Shown: positions 33,360 through 37,594 of the stretch, in pieces | How positions within the stretch are numbered: the first letter of the stretch is position 1 | How the letters are laid out: each line of letters begins with the position of its first letter | Source: a virus | Taxonomy: Duplodnaviria > Caudoviricetes | IMG/VR virus record: IMGVR_UViG_3300016474_000413 | Coordinates: 1-37,594 of that record | DNA length: 37,594 bases | Strand: one strand, 5' to 3' | Program-made: the position numbers and the translations under genes | Notes under the pieces: model-generated | What the model was told of the DNA's origin: nothing | The model's input: only the letters and a program-made list of their open reading frames with translations | Databases searched by the model: none

Positions 33360-34607
33360 ATGACCGTGCAGTCACTCCCGTGGTCGATTCAGGGCCAGTC
33401 ACACTCGGCCGAGATCGCGCGCAATCAGACGGCGGCCATCTTCGGCGCGCCGGTCGCTGCGTTCACGAACGCAGTGTCGCCGACCACCCACGGCGGCTCA
33501 CACGGCGTCGTCGGTGCGGGTGACCTCGCCGTCACCCAGAACGGCACGCCGAACATGTCGGTGAACGTGGCCGCCGGCCGTGCGCTCGTGCGTGCGGGCA
33601 ACGCCTCGAGCATCGCTGCGGGCACCTGGGCCGTGATGAACGACGCCACCGTGAACGTGGCGATCTCGGCCGCCGACCCGACGAACCCGCGCATCGACCT
33701 CGTCGTGATCCAGGTGCGCGACACGAACTACGGCGAGGCCGCCAGCGACGCGCGGATCACGGTCGTGACCGGCACCCCGGCGGCGTCGCCCGTCGCGCCC
33801 GCCCTGACCTCGCACCCGAACGCTGTGGTGCTCGCCCAGGTCGCCGTCGCGGCCGCGACCACCACGATCGTGACCGGCAACATCACCGACCGTCGGCCGT
33901 TCGTGGCTGCGGTCGGTGGCGTGCAGTGGTGCACCTCGACGACCCGGCCGACCGGCGTGGCGTTGCGTGACGGCCTTCGGATCTACGAACTCGACACCCG
34001 CCGCAGCTACATCTATCAGTCGACGACGGCCACGTGGGTGACGGCGAACGAGGTGATCGTGTGCACGTCGGGCACCCGGCCGACGTCGCCACTGTTCGAG
34101 GGTCTGGAGATCCACGAGACCGACACCGACCGGCGCCTGGTCTACAACGGCAGCGCGTGGGTGATCCTGCTGCAGCCGGCGACGACGTACACACCGACCC
34201 TGGGTGGCATCACCATCGGCACGGGTGGCTCGTCGAACGTCGCCGAGTACTCGTACTCGCAGGGGCTGCTCACCCTCACCGGGAGCATCGTGCTCGGCAC
34301 GTCGGGCGCCTCGGTTGCGTCGATCGGCTCGAACACGATCGACCTGCCGGCAAACTTCACGCCGTTGCCGAGCGTGACCCCGAACTATCTGCGCGTCGGC
34401 TGGGCGACGATGCGTGCCGGTGCGGTGTCCGCTGAGGGCATCGCCGTGCTGCTGAGCGCGACACAGCTCCGGATCTACGTGCTCGGCGCCGCTTCGACGT
34501 ACGTCGCTGGCGCGTCGCTCTCCTCCACGGTCCCCGGCACGTGGTCGGGCGCCGCGAACGACTTCATCCGCTACCAGGCCGTCATTCCCGGCACCCTCGC
34601 GCCCTAG
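33360..34607 (+). CDS. Minor tail / baseplate or receptor-binding protein (415 aa)
   Basis: NMSVNVAAG, ADPTNPRIDLVV; two CTS.TRP...G..I.E.DT.R...Y....W repeats. Confidence 0.8.
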   Translation: MTVQSLPWSIQGQSHSAEIARNQTAAIFGAPVAAFTNAVSPTTHGGSHGVVGAGDLAVTQNGTPNMSVNVAAGRALVRAGNASSIAAGTWAVMNDATVNVAISAADPTNPRIDLVVIQVRDTNYGEAASDARITVVTGTPAASPVAPALTSHPNAVVLAQVAVAAATTTIVTGNITDRRPFVAAVGGVQWCTSTTRPTGVALRDGLRIYELDTRRSYIYQSTTATWVTANEVIVCTSGTRPTSPLFEGLEIHETDTDRRLVYNGSAWVILLQPATTYTPTLGGITIGTGGSSNVAEYSYSQGLLTLTGSIVLGTSGASVASIGSNTIDLPANFTPLPSVTPNYLRVGWATMRAGAVSAEGIAVLLSATQLRIYVLGAASTYVAGASLSSTVPGTWSGAANDFIRYQAVIPGTLAP

Positions 34608-34610
34608 CCG

Positions 34611-35696
34611 ATGGCCGACTACCGTTTCCTCTCGTACGACCTGCGCAGCAACGTCGCGCTCGAGGAGCTGCCGCTCAGCATCAAGGAGTTCGGTGGCAGG
34701 CTCAACGGAGCGGGGCCGTTCCGCGCCACGATGCCGGTCGAGGCCGCTTCGTCGCGGCTGCTCATGGCGGCCACGATCCCCGAACGTACCGTCGTGTACG
34801 TCGAGCGCGACGGCGTGCTCGTCGACGGGTTCATCATCTGGCAGCGCCGTCGCCGGGCCGGTGTGCCGGTCGAGGTCAGCGGCGCCTCGTTGCCGTCGTA
34901 CTGGCGGCGCAACAACATCAGGGCGAACCTCACCTACGCCGGGGCCGACCAGTTCGCGATCGCCCGCGGGATCGTCGACCACCTGCAGACGCAGGCCGGC
35001 GCGAACATCGGGATCGTCACGGGCTCGGCGACGTGCGGCGTGACGCGCGACCGCACGTACTACGGGTACGAGCGCAAGAACGTCGGGGATGCCATCGCCG
35101 AGCTGGGTGCCGTCGACAACGGGTTCGACTGGTCCGTCGACGTGGCCTGGGTGGCGGGCGTGCCGACGAAGACGCTCAATCTGTCCCACCCGCGTCGCGG
35201 CCGCCTGGCGGGCACCACGGGCGTCGTGTTCGAGACCGGCAAGAACGTCATCGACTACGACTACCTCGAGGACGGCACCCGCTCAGCTCGCACCGTCGAC
35301 GCCCTCGGAGCAGGCGATGGCAACGACATGCTCATCTCGACGTCGACCGACACCGCCCTGATCGACGCCGGCTACCCGCTCACGGCTGAGACGATCTCGC
35401 ACAAGGATGTCTCGATTCAGGCCACGCTCGACGCCCACGCGCTCGCAGCTCGGCGAGCTCGGGCGACAACGCCCACGTTCCTGCAGGTCGAGATCGACCC
35501 GGCCGACGTCGATGCAGGTCTCGGCACATGGATCGTCGGCGACGACGTGCTCGTGAAGCTGACCGACGAGAACTTCCCACTGCAGGATGACGGGTCGCCT
35601 GGCCTGCTGTCGTACTGGCGGGTCCTGGCCTACGACGTGAACCTGCCCGACAACGGACCCGAGACGGTGAAAGTCGTGCTCGGCTCGATCAACTAG
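34611..35696 (+). CDS. Tail hub / Tal-like minor tail protein (361 aa)
   Basis: Synteny; ELPL, VYVERDG, GFDW.VD, GDDV.V motifs typical of actinophage hub proteins. Confidence 0.75.
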   Translation: MADYRFLSYDLRSNVALEELPLSIKEFGGRLNGAGPFRATMPVEAASSRLLMAATIPERTVVYVERDGVLVDGFIIWQRRRRAGVPVEVSGASLPSYWRRNNIRANLTYAGADQFAIARGIVDHLQTQAGANIGIVTGSATCGVTRDRTYYGYERKNVGDAIAELGAVDNGFDWSVDVAWVAGVPTKTLNLSHPRRGRLAGTTGVVFETGKNVIDYDYLEDGTRSARTVDALGAGDGNDMLISTSTDTALIDAGYPLTAETISHKDVSIQATLDAHALAARRARATTPTFLQVEIDPADVDAGLGTWIVGDDVLVKLTDENFPLQDDGSPGLLSYWRVLAYDVNLPDNGPETVKVVLGSIN

Positions 35697-35706
35697 GAGG
35701 CCAGCC

Positions 35707-36252
35707 GTGCCCGACCAGCTGATGCCCGATGGAATGGCGGCCACGATCGCCGACCTGAACCGCCGGCTGCAGATTCTCGAGACGGCTCAGCGCGTCGGGC
35801 TCAACCAGCTGCGCTACGTCCGATCGACCGCGGCGGCGTCGCCCACGACCTACGACGCCGCCGAGTACGGCGCGGCGGGCAACACGTGGCTCGACGACCA
35901 AGGCAACACCGGCACCGGCTACCCGACGATCAACATGACGACACCGAGCCGAGCCCTCCTCATGATCGGCTATCGGCCGGTCGACGTCGGCAACGCCGCC
36001 GGTTTCAAGAGCCACACGGTGCAAGTGTTCGTTTCGATCGACAGCGCGGGTGCGTACATCAACCGGCAGTATTACCAGGCCAACATCGACCGCAACTACG
36101 TGCCCGTGTTCTCGGCGGGCGTGATCGAGCTGACGCCGGGCGACCACACGTTCCAGATCGGGGCGAACTGGCTGCTCGTGAACCCGGCGGGCGGCACTGC
36201 GCCGTTGCTGTCCGACGCGTACATGGTTGTTCTGCCGCTCTCGGCCGCCTGA
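35707..36252 (+). CDS. Minor tail protein (181 aa)
   Basis: AGGAGG SD; N-terminal IADLNRRLQILET coil and ELTPGDHTF. Confidence 0.7.
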   Translation: MPDQLMPDGMAATIADLNRRLQILETAQRVGLNQLRYVRSTAAASPTTYDAAEYGAAGNTWLDDQGNTGTGYPTINMTTPSRALLMIGYRPVDVGNAAGFKSHTVQVFVSIDSAGAYINRQYYQANIDRNYVPVFSAGVIELTPGDHTFQIGANWLLVNPAGGTAPLLSDAYMVVLPLSAA

Positions 36253-36270
36253 CCCCTCCCACCTGGGGCG

Positions 36271-36291
36271 TCAACAGCAAACGACCACCAT
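36271..36291 (+). promoter_or_regulatory. Late-promoter motif upstream of endolysin
   Basis: TCAACAG-N8-CACCAT-N6-ATG, with no SD. Confidence 0.6.
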
Positions 36292-36297
36292 GCGGCC

Positions 36298-36966
36298 ATG
36301 ATCGCTTACGTCCCGGTCGTGATGCCGGCCGACCTGAAGACCCAGTCGAACGGGAAGCTCGGCCCCTGTTCGATCGAGTCGGTGTTCTTCCCAGGCGTCG
36401 GGCACCTCTCGTTGCACCCGCACGCCGCCCGGTCGTGGAACCTGATGGCGGCCCTGATGCACGCGCAGATCGGGGTGACGATGTCGACGACCGGCACGTA
36501 TCGCACCTACGACCAGCAGCTGCGCCTGTTCCTGGCCCGCTACACCGACAGCTACCTGCCGTTGCGCAACGTCACCACCTCACAGCGCACGTGGAACGGC
36601 AAGACCTGGTACCTGCGCCGCGGCAACGCCCCGTGCGCGGTGCCGGGCACCTCGAACCACGGGTGGGCACTGGCGATCGACACCGCCATCGCGAAGTCGA
36701 CGTTCGACTCGGCGGCCGGGAAGTACGTCACGAAGATCGTCGGCATCACCTCGGATCTCAGGGCCTGGAAGTGGCTGGTCGAGAACGCCGTGTCGTTCGG
36801 CTGGTCATGGGAGGGCACCAAGGTCGCCCCGACGTGGATGCCCGGTCAGCCGGCCGCCGCCGGGTGGGAGCCATGGCACCTGCGCTACACCGCCGGTGAC
36901 GTGACGCCGCAGCGCATCCTCGACCTCGAGGCGTGGTTCGCGGCCGCCGCCGAGGCGGCGAAGTGA
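36298..36966 (+). CDS. Endolysin, M15-family zinc peptidase (222 aa)
   Basis: YRTYDQQ, PGTSNHGWALAID (SxHxxxxAxD) and EPWH. Confidence 0.9.
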   Translation: MIAYVPVVMPADLKTQSNGKLGPCSIESVFFPGVGHLSLHPHAARSWNLMAALMHAQIGVTMSTTGTYRTYDQQLRLFLARYTDSYLPLRNVTTSQRTWNGKTWYLRRGNAPCAVPGTSNHGWALAIDTAIAKSTFDSAAGKYVTKIVGITSDLRAWKWLVENAVSFGWSWEGTKVAPTWMPGQPAAAGWEPWHLRYTAGDVTPQRILDLEAWFAAAAEAAK

Positions 36967-37286
36967 TCGCCTGGCTGCTCTCCGACACGGTGATCGACGT
37001 GCCTGCGTGGGTGGCGGTGATCGGGTTCGTGCTCGGCACGGTCGGCACGATCGCTGCGTCGGTCGCTGTCGCTCGTCAGCAGGCGATCAAGGCGTCGTTG
37101 GCGACGATCATCCAGGCGAACGAGGAACTCCGCAAGGCGAACCAGGACCTGAAGAACGAGTTGCAGACCGAACGCGAGGAACGGGTGAAGCTCGAATCCC
37201 GTCTCGAGCTCGTGACCGGGTCGCTCGCGAACCAGATCGTGACCGCAGTCGCGAACGCACTGCACGAGAGGAAGGAAGTCCGATGA
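36963..37286 (+). CDS. Membrane-anchored coiled-coil lysis-cassette protein (107 aa)
   Basis: One TM helix followed by a heptad coil; coupled to the endolysin. Confidence 0.7.
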   Translation: MIAWLLSDTVIDVPAWVAVIGFVLGTVGTIAASVAVARQQAIKASLATIIQANEELRKANQDLKNELQTEREERVKLESRLELVTGSLANQIVTAVANALHERKEVR

Positions 37287-37513
37287 CCGACACTCCCACC
37301 CCCGATGGCCCGCCGATCGTGGCCGATCTGATCCCGCGCCGGTTCCGCCGTGCCGTGTACGCGGTGCTGTCCGCGGCGTACGGCCTGGAGATCATCTTCG
37401 ACTTCCTGCCCGCCGGGCTGGAGTCGAAGCTCGTCGCGGCTGCGACGTTCCTCGGGTTCGGCATGGCGTTCGTCCACGCCGGGCCCGCACGCACCACCAC
37501 GAAGGAGGGCTGA
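37283..37513 (+). CDS. Holin-like two-TM protein (76 aa)
   Basis: IPRRFRRAVYAVL followed by two hydrophobic helices; in the lysis cassette. Confidence 0.7.
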   Translation: MTDTPTPDGPPIVADLIPRRFRRAVYAVLSAAYGLEIIFDFLPAGLESKLVAAATFLGFGMAFVHAGPARTTTKEG

Positions 37514-37516
37514 TCG

Positions 37517-37594
37517 ATGGCGACCGGACACATGATGACGAACAAGGGCCGGTGGCTGCACGCGCAGGGTCTGTGGGACGACGGCGCGGCGACG
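37517..37594 (+). CDS. 5' part of the junction-spanning gene (continues at 23..415)
   Basis: AAGGAGG SD, ATG 37517, open to the window end and in frame across the overlap. Confidence 0.8.
   Translation, partial: MATGHMMTNKGRWLHAQGLWDDGAAT
37573..37594 (+). repeat. Terminal overlap, copy 2
   Basis: Identical to 1-22. Confidence 0.97.

Larger units (their letters stand above)
1..37594. mobile_element. Complete temperate siphophage genome (circular form), actinobacterial host
   Basis: Full set of integration, immunity, replication, packaging, head, tail and lysis modules; terminal 22-nt overlap; intact attP; two WhiB genes; no host genes seen. Confidence 0.95.

Overview
A complete, circular, high-GC temperate siphophage genome of an actinobacterial host (two WhiB genes). 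The last 22 nt repeat the first 22 nt, giving about 37,572 unique bp, and one gene reads across the junction. Gene order: virion-associated or tailspike genes and a holin (to 4.2 kb); intact attP matching the 3' half of tRNA-Val(TAC) plus tyrosine integrase; XRE repressor/Cro switch; early genes (Xis, PD-(D/E)XK exonuclease, SSB-like protein, tRNA-like RNA, C2H2 zinc-finger protein, two WhiB, RuvC-like resolvase, primase-polymerase/SF3 helicase, putative origin with a DnaA box); terminase, portal-MuF fusion and protease; a 5.6 kb accessory operon; HK97-type capsid, connectors, tail with -1 frameshift chaperone, tape measure, tail tip and lysis genes. The most notable observations are: (1) a small convergent gene whose coiled coil is a mirror-image homologue of the repressor C-terminal coil, a candidate dominant-negative antirepressor; (2) a glycan-building operon (GT-B, GT-A-like, methyltransferase, epimerase) inside the head module, driven by a near copy of the Cro promoter, next to a capsid ending in Ser; (3) a conserved TCAACAC-N8-[-10] late-promoter motif possibly read by WhiB/WhiA; (4) a non-canonical tRNA-like RNA. 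All product calls come from motifs and synteny read by eye; no searches were run.
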